Below are positions 53,201 to 64,000 of a DNA stretch of 64,000 nucleotides, in pieces. The DNA lies in assembly GCF_009914755.1 (NCBI RefSeq), contig NC_060938.1; one strand, given 5' to 3'. Position 1 is the stretch's first letter. The number at the start of each line of letters is the position of its first letter. The notes beneath the pieces were generated by a model. It ran no database searches. It saw only the letters and a list, made by a program, of their open reading frames with translations, and had not been told where the DNA came from. Origin of the DNA: the human T2T-CHM13v2.0 reference genome, Homo sapiens. A program made the position numbers and the translations under genes.

Positions 53201-56200
53201 GTTGAATGCAAACATCGCAAAGACGTTTCTGAGAATGCTTCTGTCTAGATTTGATATGAAGATATTCCCGTTTCCAACGAAATCTTCAAATCTATCCAAA
53301 TGTCCACTTGCAGATTCAACAAAAAGTGTTTTTCAGAACTGCTCTATCAAAAGAAAGATCCACCTCTGTTAGCTGAGTTCACACATCACAAACAAGTTTA
53401 TGAGAATGCTTCTGTCTAGTTTTTATTTGAAGATATTTCCTTTCTCACCATAGAGCTGAAAGCTGTCCTAATGTTCACTTCCAGATACTACAGAAAGAGT
53501 GTTTCAAAACTGCTGTACGAAAGGGAATGTTCAACTCTGTGACTTGAATGCACACATCACAAAGAAGTTTCTGAGGATGCTGCTGTCTACTTTTTATACG
53601 TAATCCCGTTTCCAACGAAATCCTCCAAGCTATCCAAATATCCACTTGCAGATTCCACAGAAAGACTGTTTCAAAACTGCTCTGTCAATAGAAAGGTTCA
53701 ACTCTGTTAGCTGCGTGCATATATCCCAAAGAAGATTCTGAGATTGCTTCTGTCTAGTTTTTATGGGAAGATATTTCCCTTTTCACCGTAGGCGTCAAGG
53801 CGCTCCAAATGTCCACTTCCAGATACTACAAAAAGAGTGTTTCTAACCTACTCTGTGAAAGGGAATATTCAACTCTGTGACTTGAATGCACATATCACAA
53901 AGAAGTTTCTGAGAATGCTTCTGTCGAGATTTTATATGAAGATATTCCCGTTTCCAACGAAATCCTGAAATCTATCCAAATATCCCCTCGCAGATTCTAC
54001 AAAAAGAGTGTTTCAAAACTGCTCTGTGAAAAGGAAGGTTCAACTCTGTTAGTTGAGTACACACATCACAAACAAGTTTCACAGAATGCTTCTTTCTAGC
54101 TTGTAGGGAAAGATATTCCCTTTATCACCATGGGCCTCCAACCGTCCGAAACATCCACTTCCATATACTACAAAAAGAGCGTTTCAAACCTGCTCTATGA
54201 AAGGCAATGTTCAACTCTGTGACTTGAATGCAGACATCACAGAGCAGTTTCTGAGAATGCTTCTGTCTAGATTTTATAGGAAGCTATTCCCGTTTCCAAC
54301 GAAATCTTCACAGCTATCCAAATATCCACTTGCAGATTCTACAAAAAGAGTGTATCAAAACTGCTCTGTCAAAAGGAAGGTTCTTCTCTGTTAGGTGAGT
54401 GCATACGTCATAAAGGAGTTTCTGAGAATGTTTCTGTCTAGTGGTTATGGGAAGATATTTGCTTTTTCCCCGTAGGCCTCAGGGCGCTCCAAATGTCCAC
54501 TTGCACATGCTACAAAAAGAGTGCTTCAAAGCTGCTCTCTGAAAGGGAATGTTCAACTCTATGAGTTGAATGCAAACATCACAAAGACGTTTCTGAGAAT
54601 GCTTCTGTCTAGATTTGATATGAAGATATTCCCGTTTCCAACGAAATCTTCAAATCTATCCAAATGTCCACTTGCAGATTCAACAAAAAGTGTTTTTCAG
54701 AACTGCTCTATCAAAAGAAAGATCCACCTCTGTTAGCTGAGTTCAGACATCACAAATAAGTTTATGAGAATGCTTCTGTCTAGTTTTTATTTGAAGATAT
54801 TTCCTTTCTCACCATAGACCTGAAAGCTGTCCTAATGTTCACTTCCAGTTACTACAGAAAGAGTGTTTCAAAACTGCTGTACGAAAGGGAATGTTCAACT
54901 CTGTGACTTGAATGCACACATCACAAAGTAGTTTCTGAGGATGCTGCTGTCTACTTTTTATACTTAATCCCGTTTCCAACGAAATCCTCCAAGCTATCCA
55001 AATATCCACTTGCAGATTCCACAGAAAGACTGTTTCAAAACTGCTCTGTCAATAGAAAGGTTCAACTCTGTTAGCTGCGTGCATATATCCCAAAGAAGAT
55101 TCTGAGATTGCTTCTGTCTAGTTTTTATGGGAAGATATTTCCCTTTTCACCGTAGGCGTCAAGGCGCTCCAAACGTCCACTTCCAGATACTACAAAAAGA
55201 GTGTTTCAAACCTACTCTGTGAAAGGGAGTATTCAACTCTGTGACTTGAATGCACATATCACAAGGAAGTTTCTGAGAATGCTTCTGTCGAGATTTTATA
55301 TGAAGATATTCTCGTTTACAACGAAATCCTGAAATCTATCCAAATATCCCCTCGCAGATTCTACAAAAAGAGTGTTTCAAAACTGCTCTGTAAAAAGAAA
55401 GGTTCAACTCTGTTAGTTGAGTACACACATCACAAACAAGTTTCACAGAATGCTTCTTTCTAGCTTGTAGGGGAAGATATTCCCTTTATCACCATGGGCC
55501 TCCAACCGTCCGAAACATCCACTTCCATATACTACAAAAAGAGCGTTTCAAACCTGCTCTATGAAAGGCCATGTTCAACTCTGTGACTTGAATGCAGACA
55601 TCACAGAGCAGTTTCTGAGAATGCTTCTGTCTAGATTTTATAGGAAGATATTCCCGTTTCCAACGAAATCTTCACAGCTATCCAAATATCCACTTGCAGA
55701 TTCTACAAAAAGAGTGTATCAAAACTGCTCTGTCAAAAGGAAGGTTCTTCTCTGTTAGGTGAGTGCATACGTCATAAAGGAGTTTCTGAGAATGTTTCTG
55801 TCTAGTGGTTATGGGAAGATATTTGCTTTTTCCCCGTAGGCCTCAGGGCGCTCCAAATGTCCACTTGCACATGCTACAAAAAGAGTGCTTCAAAGCTGCT
55901 CTCTGAAAGGGAATGTTCAACTCTATGAGTTGAATGCAAACATCACAAAGACGTTTCTGAGAATGCTTCTGTCTAGATTTGATATGAAGATATTCCCGTT
56001 TCTAACGAAATCTTCAAATCTATCCAAATGTCCACTTGCAGATTCAACAAAAAGTGTTTTTCAGAACTGCTCTATCAAAAGAAAGATCCACCTCTGTTAG
56101 CTGAGTTCAGACATCACAAACAAGTTTATGAGAATGCTTCTGTCTAGTTTTTATTTGAAGATATTTCCTTTCTCACCATAGACCTGAAAGCTGTCCTAAT

Positions 56201-59200
56201 GTTCACTTCCAGTTACTACAGAAAGAGTGTTTCAAAACTGCTGTACGAAAGGGAATGTTCAACTCTGTGACTTGAATGCACACATCACAATGAAGTTTCT
56301 GAGGATGCTGCTGTCTACTTTTTATACTTAATCCCGTTTCCAACGAAATCCTTCAAGCTATCCAAATATCCACTTGCAGATTCCACAGAAAGACTGTTTC
56401 AAAACTGCTCTGTCAATAGAAAGGTTCAACTCTGTTAGCTGCGTGCATATATCCCAAAGAAGATTCTGAGATTGCTTCTGTCTAGTTTTTATGGGAAGAT
56501 ATTTCCCTTTTCACCGTAGGCGTCCAGGCGCTCCAAATGTCCACTTCCAGATACTACAAAAAGAGTGTTTCAAACCTACTCTGTGAAAGGGAATATTCAA
56601 CTCTGTGACTTGAATGCACATATCACAAGGAAGTTTCTGAGAATGCTTCTGTCGAGATTTTATATGAAGATATTCCCGTTTCCAACGAAATGCTGAAATG
56701 TATCCAAATATCCCCTCGCAGATTCTACAAAAAGAGTGTTTCAAAACTGCTCTGTAAAAAGAAAGGTTCAACTCTGTTAGTTGAGTACACACATCACAAA
56801 CTAGTTTCACAGAATGCTTCTTTCTAGCTTGTAGGGGAAGATATTCCCTTTATCACCATGGGCCTCAAACCGTCCGAAAAGTCCACTTCCATATACTACA
56901 AAAAGAGCGTTTCAAACCTGCTCTATGAAAGGCAATGTTCAACTCTGTGACTTGAATGCAGACATCACAGAGCAGTTTCTGAGAATGCTTCTGTCTAGAT
57001 TTTATAGGAAGATATTCCCGTTTCCAACGAAATCTTCACAGCTGTCCAAATATCCACTTGCAGATTCTACAAAAAGAGTGTATCAAAACTGCTCTGTGAA
57101 AAGGAAGGTTCTTTTCTGTTAGGTGAGTGCATACGTCATAAAGGAGTTTCTGAGAATGTTTCTGTCTAGTGGTTATGGGAAGATATTTGCTTTTTCACCG
57201 TAGGCCTCAGAGCGCTCCAAATATCCACTTGCACATACTACAAAAAGAGTGCCTCAAAGCTGCTCTCTGAAACGGAATGTTCAACTCTATGAGTTGAATG
57301 CAAACATCACAAAGACGTTTCTGAGAATGCTTCTGTCTAGATTTGATATGAAGATATTCCCGTTTCCAACGAAATCTTCAAATCTATCCAAATGTCCACT
57401 TGCAGATTCAACAGAAAGTGTTTTTCAGAACTGCTCTATCAAAAGAAAGATCCACCTCTGTTAGCTGAGTTCACACATCACAAACAAGTTTATGAGAATG
57501 CTTCTGTCTAGTTTTTATTTGAAGATATTTCCTTTCTCACCATAGAGCTGAAAGCTGTCCTAATGTTCACTTCCAGATACTACAGAAAGAGTGTTTCAAA
57601 ACTGCTGTACGAAAGGGAATGTTCAACTCTGTGACTTGAATGCACACATCACAAAGAAGTTTCTGAGGATGCTGCTGTCTACTTTTTATACGTAATCCCG
57701 TTTCCAACGAAATCCTCCAAGCTATCCAAATATCCACTTGCAGATTCCACAGAAAGACTGTTTCAAAACTGCTCTGTCAATAGAAAGGTTCAACTCTGTT
57801 AGCTGCGTGCATATATCCCAAAGAAGATTCTGAGATTGCTTCTGTCTAGTTTTTATGGGAAGATATTTCCCTTTTCACCGTAGGTGTCAAGGCGCTCCAA
57901 ATGTCCACTTCCAGATACTACAAAAAGAGTGTTTCAAACCTACTCTGTGAAAGGGAATATTCAACTCTGTGACTTGAATGCACATATCACAAAGAAGTTT
58001 CTGAGAATGCTTCTGTCGAGATTTTATATGAAGATATTCCCGTTTCCAACGAAATCCTGAAATCTATCCAAATATCCCCTCGCAGATTCCACAAAAAGAG
58101 TGTTTCAAAACTGCTCTTTAAAAAGAAAGGTTCAACTCTGTTAGTTGAGTACACACATCACAAACAAGTTTCACAGAATGCTTCTTTCTAGCTTGTAGGG
58201 GAAGATATTCCCTTTATCACCATGGGCCTCAAACCGTCCGATAAGTCCACTTCCATATACTACAAAAAGAGCGTTTCAAACCTGCTCTATGAAAGGCAAC
58301 GTTCAACTCTGTGACTTGAATGCAGACATCACAGAGCAGTTTCTGAGAATGCTTCTGTCTAGATTTTATAGGAAGATATTCCCGTTTCCAACGAAATCTT
58401 CACAGCTATCCAAATATCCACTTGCAGATTCTACAAAAAGAGTGTATCAATACTGCTCTGTCTAAAGGAAGGTTCTTCTCTGTTAGGTGAGTGCATACGT
58501 CATAAAGGAGTTTCTGAGAATGTTTCTGTCTAGTGGTTATGGGAAGATATTTGCTTTTTCCCCGTAGGCCTCAGGGCGCTCCAAATGTCCACTTGCACAT
58601 GCTACAAAAAGAGTGCTTCAAAGCTGCTCTCTGAAAGGGAATGTTCAACTCTATGAGTTGAATGCAAACATCACAAAGACGTTTCTGAGAATGCTTCTGT
58701 CTAGATTTGATATGAAGATATTCCCGTTTCCAACGAAATCTTCAAATCTATCCAAATGTCCACTTGCAGATTCAACAAAAAGTGTTTTTCAGAACTGCTC
58801 TATCAAAAGAAAGATCCACCTCTGTTAGCTGAGTTCAGACATCACAAACAAGTTTATGAGAATGCTTCTGTCTAGTTTTTATTTGAAGATATTTCCTTTC
58901 TCACCATAGACCTGAAAGCTGTCCCAATGTTCACTTCCAGTTACTACAGAGTGTTTCAAAACTGCTGTACGAAAGGGAATGTTCAACTCTGTGACTTGAA
59001 TGCACACATCACAAAGAAGTTTCTGAGGATGCTGCTGTCTACTTTTTATACGTAATCCCGTTTCCAACGAAATCCTCCAAGCTATCCAAATATCCACTTG
59101 CAGATTCCACAGAAAGACTGTTTCAAAACTGCTCTGTCAATAGAAAGGTTCAACTCTGTTAGCTGCGTGCATATATCCCAAAGAAGATTCTGAGATTGCT

Positions 59201-62200
59201 TCTGTCTAGTTTTTATGGGAAGATATTTCCCTTTTCACCGTAGGCGTCAAGGCGCTCCAAATGTCCACTTCCAGATACTACAAAAAGAGTGTTTCAAACC
59301 TACTCTGTGAAAGGGAATATTCAACTCTGTGACTTGAATGCACATATCACAAGGAAGTTTCTGAGAATGCTTCTGTCGAGATTTTATATGAAGATATTCC
59401 CGTTTCCAACGAAATCCTGAAATCTATCCAAATATCCCCTCGCAGATTCTACAAAAAGAGTGTTTCAAAACTGCTCTGTAAAAAGAAAGGTTCAACTCTG
59501 TTAGTTGAGTACACACATCACAAACAAGTTTCACAGAATGCTTCTTTCTAGCTTGTAGGGGAAGATATTCCCTTTATCACCATGGGCCTCAAACCGTCCG
59601 ATAAGTCCACTTCCATATACTACAAAAAGAGCGTTTCAAACCTGCTCTATGAAAGGCAATGTTCAACTCTGTGACTTGAATGCAGACATCACAGAGCAGT
59701 TTCTGAGAATGCTTCTGTCTAGATTTTATAGGAAGATATTCCCGTTTCCAACGAAATCTTCACAGCTATCCAAATATCCACTTGCAGATTCTACAAAAAG
59801 AGTGTATCAAAACTGCTCTGTCAAAAGGAAGGTTCTTTTCTGTTAGGTGAGTGCATACGTCATAAAGGAGTTTCTGAGAATGTTTCTGTCTAGTGGTTAT
59901 GGGAAGATATTTGCTTTTTCACCGTAGGCCTCAGAGCGCTCCAAATATCCACTTGCACATACTACAAAAAGAGTGCCTCAAAGCTGCTCTCTGAAACGGA
60001 ATGTTCAACTCTATGAGTTGAATGCAAACATCGCAAAGACGTTTCTGAGAATGCTTCTGTCTAGATTTGATATGAAGATATTCCCGTTTCCAACGAAATC
60101 TTCAAATCTATCCAAATGTCCACTTGCAGATTCAACAAAAAGTGTTTTTCAGAACTGCTCTATCAAAAGAAAGATCCACCTCTGTTAGCTGAGTTCACAC
60201 ATCACAAACAAGTTTATGAGAATGCTTCTGTCTAGTTTTTATTTGAAGATATTTCCTTTCTCACCATAGAGCTGAAAGCTGTCCTAATGTTCACTTCCAG
60301 ATACTACAGAAAGAGTGTTTCAAAACTGCTGTACGAAAGGGAATGTTCAACTCTGTGACTTGAATGCACACATCACAAAGAAGTTTCTGAGGATGCTGCT
60401 GTCTACTTTTTATACGTAATCCCGTTTCCAACGAAATCCTCCAAGCTATCCAAATATCCACTTGCAGATTCCACAGAAAGACTGTTTCAAAACTGCTCTG
60501 TCAATAGAAAGGTTCAACTCTGTTAGCTGCGTGCATATATCCCAAAGAAGATTCTGAGATTGCTTCTGTCTAGTTTTTATGGGAAGATATTTCCCTTTTC
60601 ACCGTAGGTGTCAAGGCGCTCCAAATGTCCACTTCCAGATACTACAAAAAGAGTGTTTCAAACCTACTCTGTGAAAGGGAATATTCAACTCTGTGACTTG
60701 AATGCACATATCACAAAGAAGTTTCTGAGAATGCTTCTGTCGAGATTTTATATGAAGATATTCCCGTTTCCAACGAAATGCTGAAATCTATCCAAATATC
60801 CCCTCGCAGATTCTACAAAAAGAGTGTTTCAAAACTGCTCTGTGAAAAGAAAGGTTCAACTCTGTTAGTTGAGTACACACATCACAAACAAGTTTCACAG
60901 AATGCTTCTTTCTAGCTTGTAGGGGAAGATATTCCCTTTATCACCATGGGCCTCAAACCGTCCGAAAAGTCCACTTCCATATACTACAAAAAGAGCGTTT
61001 CAAACCTGCTCTATGAAAGGCAATGTTCAACTCTGTGACTTGAATGCAGACATCACAGAGCAGTTTCTGAGAATGCTTCTGTCTAGATTTTATAGGAAGA
61101 TATTCCCGTTTCCAACGAAATCTTCACAGCTATCCAAATATCCACTTGCAGATTCTACAAAAAGAGTGTATCAAAACTGCTCTGTCAAAAGGAAGGTTCT
61201 TCTCTGTTAGGTGAGTGCATACGTCATAAAGTAGTTTCTGAGAATGTTTCTGTCTAGTGGTTATGGGAAGATATTTGCTTTTTCCCCGTAGGCCTCAGGG
61301 CGCTCCAAATGTCCACTTGCACATGCTACAAAAAGAGTGCTTCAAAGCTGCTCTCTGAAAGGGAATGTTCAACTCTATGAGTTGAATGCAAACATCGCAA
61401 AGACGTTTCTGAGAATGCTTCTGTCTAGATTTGATATGAAGATATTCCCGTTTCCAACGAAATCTTCAAATCTATCCAAATGTCCACTTGCAGATTCAAC
61501 AAAAAGTGTTTTTCAGAACTGCTCTATCAAAAGAAAGATCCACCTCTGTTAGCTGAGTTCAGACATCACAAACAAGTTTATGAGAATGCTTCTGTCTAGT
61601 TTTTATTTGAAGATATTTCCTTTCTCACCATAGACCTGAAAGCTGTCCTAATGTTCACTTCCAGTTACTACAGAAAGAGTATTTCAAAACTGCTGTACGA
61701 AAGGGAATGTTCAACTCTGTGACTTGAATGCACACATCACAAAGAAGTTTCTGAGGATGCTGCTGTCTACTTTTTATACTTAATCCCGTTTCCAACGAAA
61801 TCCTCCAAGCTATCCAAATATCCACTTGCAGATTCCACAGAAAGACTGTTTCAAAACTGCTCTGTCAATAGAAAGGTTCAACTCTGTTAGCTGCGTGCAT
61901 ATATCCCAAAGCAGATTCTGAGATTGCTTCTGTCTAGTTTTTATGGGAAGATATTTCCCTTTTCACCGTAGGCGTCAAGGCGCTCCAAATGTCCACTTCC
62001 AGATACTACAAAAAGAGTGTTTCAAACCTACTCTGTGAAAGGGAATATTCAACTCTGTGACTTGAATGCACATATCACAAGGAAGTTTCTGAGAATGCTT
62101 CTGTCGAGATTTTATATGAAGATATTCCCGTTTCCAACGAAATCCTGAAATCTATCCAAATATCCCCTCGCAGATTCTACAAAAAGAGTGTTTCAAAACT

Positions 62201-63700
62201 GCTCTTTAAAAAGAAAGGTTCAACTCTGTTAGTTGAGTACACACATCACAAACAAGTTTCACAGAATGCTTCTTTCTAGCTTGTAGGGGAAGATATTCCC
62301 TTTATCACCATGGGCCTCAAACCGTCCGATAAGTCCACTTCCATATACTACAAAAAGAGCGTTTCAAACCTGCTCTATGAAAGGCAACGTTCAACTCTGT
62401 GACTTGAATGCAGACATCACAGAGCAGTTTCTGAGAATGCTTCTGTCTAGATTTTATAGGAAGATATTCCCGTTTCCAACGAAATCTTCACAGCTATCCA
62501 AATATCCACTTGCAGATTCTACAAAAAGAGTGTATCAAAACTGCTCTGTCAAAAGGAAGGTTCTTCTCTGTTAGGTGAGTGCATACGTCATAAAGGAGTT
62601 TCTGAGAATGTTTCTGTCTAGTGGTTATGGGAAGATATTTGCTTTTTCCCCGTAGGCCTCAGGGCGCTCCAAATGTCCACTTGCACATGCTACAAAAAGA
62701 GTGCTTCAAAGCTGCTCTCTGAAAGGGAATGTTCAACTCTATGAGTTGAATGCAAACATCACAAAGACGTTTCTGAGAATGCTTCTGTCTAGATTTGATA
62801 TGAAGATATTCCCGTTTCCAACGAAATCTTCAAATCTATCCAAATGTCCACTTGCAGATTCAACAAAAAGTGTTTTTCAGAACTGCTCTATCAAAAGAAA
62901 GATCCACCTCTGTTAGCTGAGTTCAGACATCACAAACAAGTTTATGAGAATGCTTCTGTCTAGTTTTTATTTGAAGATATTTCCTTTCTCACCATAGACC
63001 TGAAAGCTGTCCTAATGTTCACTTCCAGTTACTACAGAGTGTTTCAAAACTGCTGTACGAAAGGGAATGTTCAACTCTGTGACTTGAATGCACACATCAC
63101 AAAGAAGTTTCTGAGGATGCTGCTGTCTACTTTTTATACTTAATCCCGTTTCCAACGAAATCCTCCAAGCTATCCAAATATCCACTTGCAGATTCCACAG
63201 AAAGACTGTTTCAAAACTGCTCTGTCAATAGAAAGGTTCAACTCTGTTAGCTGCGTGCATATATCCCAAAGAAGATTCTGAGATTGCTTCTGTCTAGTTT
63301 TTATGGGAAGATATTTCCCTTTTCACCGTAGGCGTCAAGGCGCTCCAAATGTCCACTTCCAGATACTACAAAAAGAGTGTTTCAAACCTACTCTGTGAAA
63401 GGGAATATTCAACTCTGTGACTTGAATGCACATATCACAAGGAAGTTTCTGAGAATGCTTCTGTCGAGATTTTATATGAAGATATTCCCGTTTCCAACGA
63501 AATCCTGAAATCTATCCAAATATCCCCTCGCAGATTCTACAAAAAGAGTGTTTCAAAACTGCTCTGTAAAAAGAAAGGTTCAACTCTGTTAGTTGAGTAC
63601 ACACATCACAAACAAGTTTCACAGAATGCTTCTTTCTAGCTTGTAGGGGAAGATATTCCCTTTATCACCATGGGCCTCAAACCGTCCGATAAGTCCACTT
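44250..63700. repeat. Large multi-HOR duplication, copy 2 (boundaries approximate; may extend beyond the window)
   Basis: Same markers in the same order at offsets 20456, then 19092, then 21816 bp (47126, 48616, 49168, 55310, 56003, 56800, ~61681, ~61912, 63035). Confidence 0.88.
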
Positions 63701-64000
63701 CCATATACTACAAAAAGAGCGTTTCAAACCTGCTCTATGAAAGGCAATGTTCAACTCTGTGACTTGAATGCAGACATCACAGAGCAGTTTCTGAGAATGC
63801 TTCTGTCTAGATTTTATAGGAAGATATTCCCGTTTCCAACGAAATCTTCACAGCTATCCAAATATCCACTTGCAGATTCTACAAAAAGAGTGTATCAAAA
63901 CTGCTCTGTCAAAAGGAAGGTTCTTCTCTGTTAGGTGAGTGCATACGTCATAAAGGAGTTTCTGAGAATGTTTCTGTCTAGTGGTTATGGGAAGATATTT

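Larger units (their letters stand above)
1..64000 (-). repeat. Centromeric alpha-satellite HOR array (8-mer, 1364 bp, ~47 copies), homogeneous active-type
   Basis: Alphoid motifs (gttcaactctgt, gagaatgcttctgtctag, tccacttgcagat, aaaagagtgtttcaaaactgctc) recur every ~171 bp. The same sequence recurs every 1364 bp (ORF anchors 2377, 3741, 5105, 6469 ... 63737); exceptions are one 1362-bp and five 1360-bp steps. Strand is given by CENP-B box orientation. The array runs off both window ends. Confidence 0.99.

Noticed and set aside
3339-59097. Minus-strand 72-99 aa ORFs (MKLVCDVCTQ...), CxxC-like
   Set aside because: They appear only where a HOR-specific variant removes a stop codon. They are useful haplotype markers, not genes.
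1015-63934. Repeated 65-aa (MKGNVQLCDL...) and 71-aa (MLQSCSLKGN...) plus-strand ORFs as a tandem gene or toxin-antitoxin array
   Set aside because: They are translations of alpha-satellite monomers. They resemble each other only because monomers do (FPFPTKS is the CENP-B box). The 71-aa ORF starts at GTG, copies are lost to stops (28630, 58463), and no domain is recognisable.
1-64000. CRISPR-like or programmable repeat-spacer system (17-bp conserved motif at regular spacing)
   Set aside because: The motif is the CENP-B box. The intervening sequence is itself repeated alphoid DNA, not unique spacers, and no cas or other gene is present.
1-64000. Embedded L1/Alu insertion, inversion or foreign sequence
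   Set aside because: The HOR phase is continuous (all steps 1360-1364 bp), leaving no room for an insert, and all CENP-B boxes seen share one orientation.
1-64000. Assignment to other SF2 arrays (D13Z1/D21Z1, D2Z1, D18Z1, D20Z2)
   Set aside because: As I recall, their main HORs are 11-, 4-, 12- and 16-mers, not a uniform 8-mer with 680-bp XbaI-TaqI spacing. They are not formally excluded without a database search.

Overview
The whole 64 kb window is one uninterrupted, single-orientation primate (most likely human) centromeric alpha-satellite array. It is built from ~171-bp monomers in alternating A-box/CENP-B-box dimers, organised as an 8-monomer, 1364-bp higher-order repeat (HOR) with ~47 near-identical copies. 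CENP-B boxes read on the minus strand, in every second monomer. The HOR length, dimeric layout and 680-bp XbaI-TaqI spacing best fit the SF2 chr14/22 array (D14Z9/D22Z1); this is recalled from the literature, not searched. I see no genes, RNA genes, CRISPR arrays, transposons, inversions or monomer-number variants. All ORFs in the track are artefacts of the repeat. I find no support for a new gene-based system. The informative signal is the internal structure shown by HOR-specific variants: two interleaved HOR haplotypes, a 7-HOR (9544-bp) super-repeat in ~2.8 tandem copies, a ~20-kb duplication later edited by whole-HOR gains or losses, recombinant HORs, and a few CENP-B boxes with core mutations. 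Variant calls were made by eye and need confirmation by alignment.
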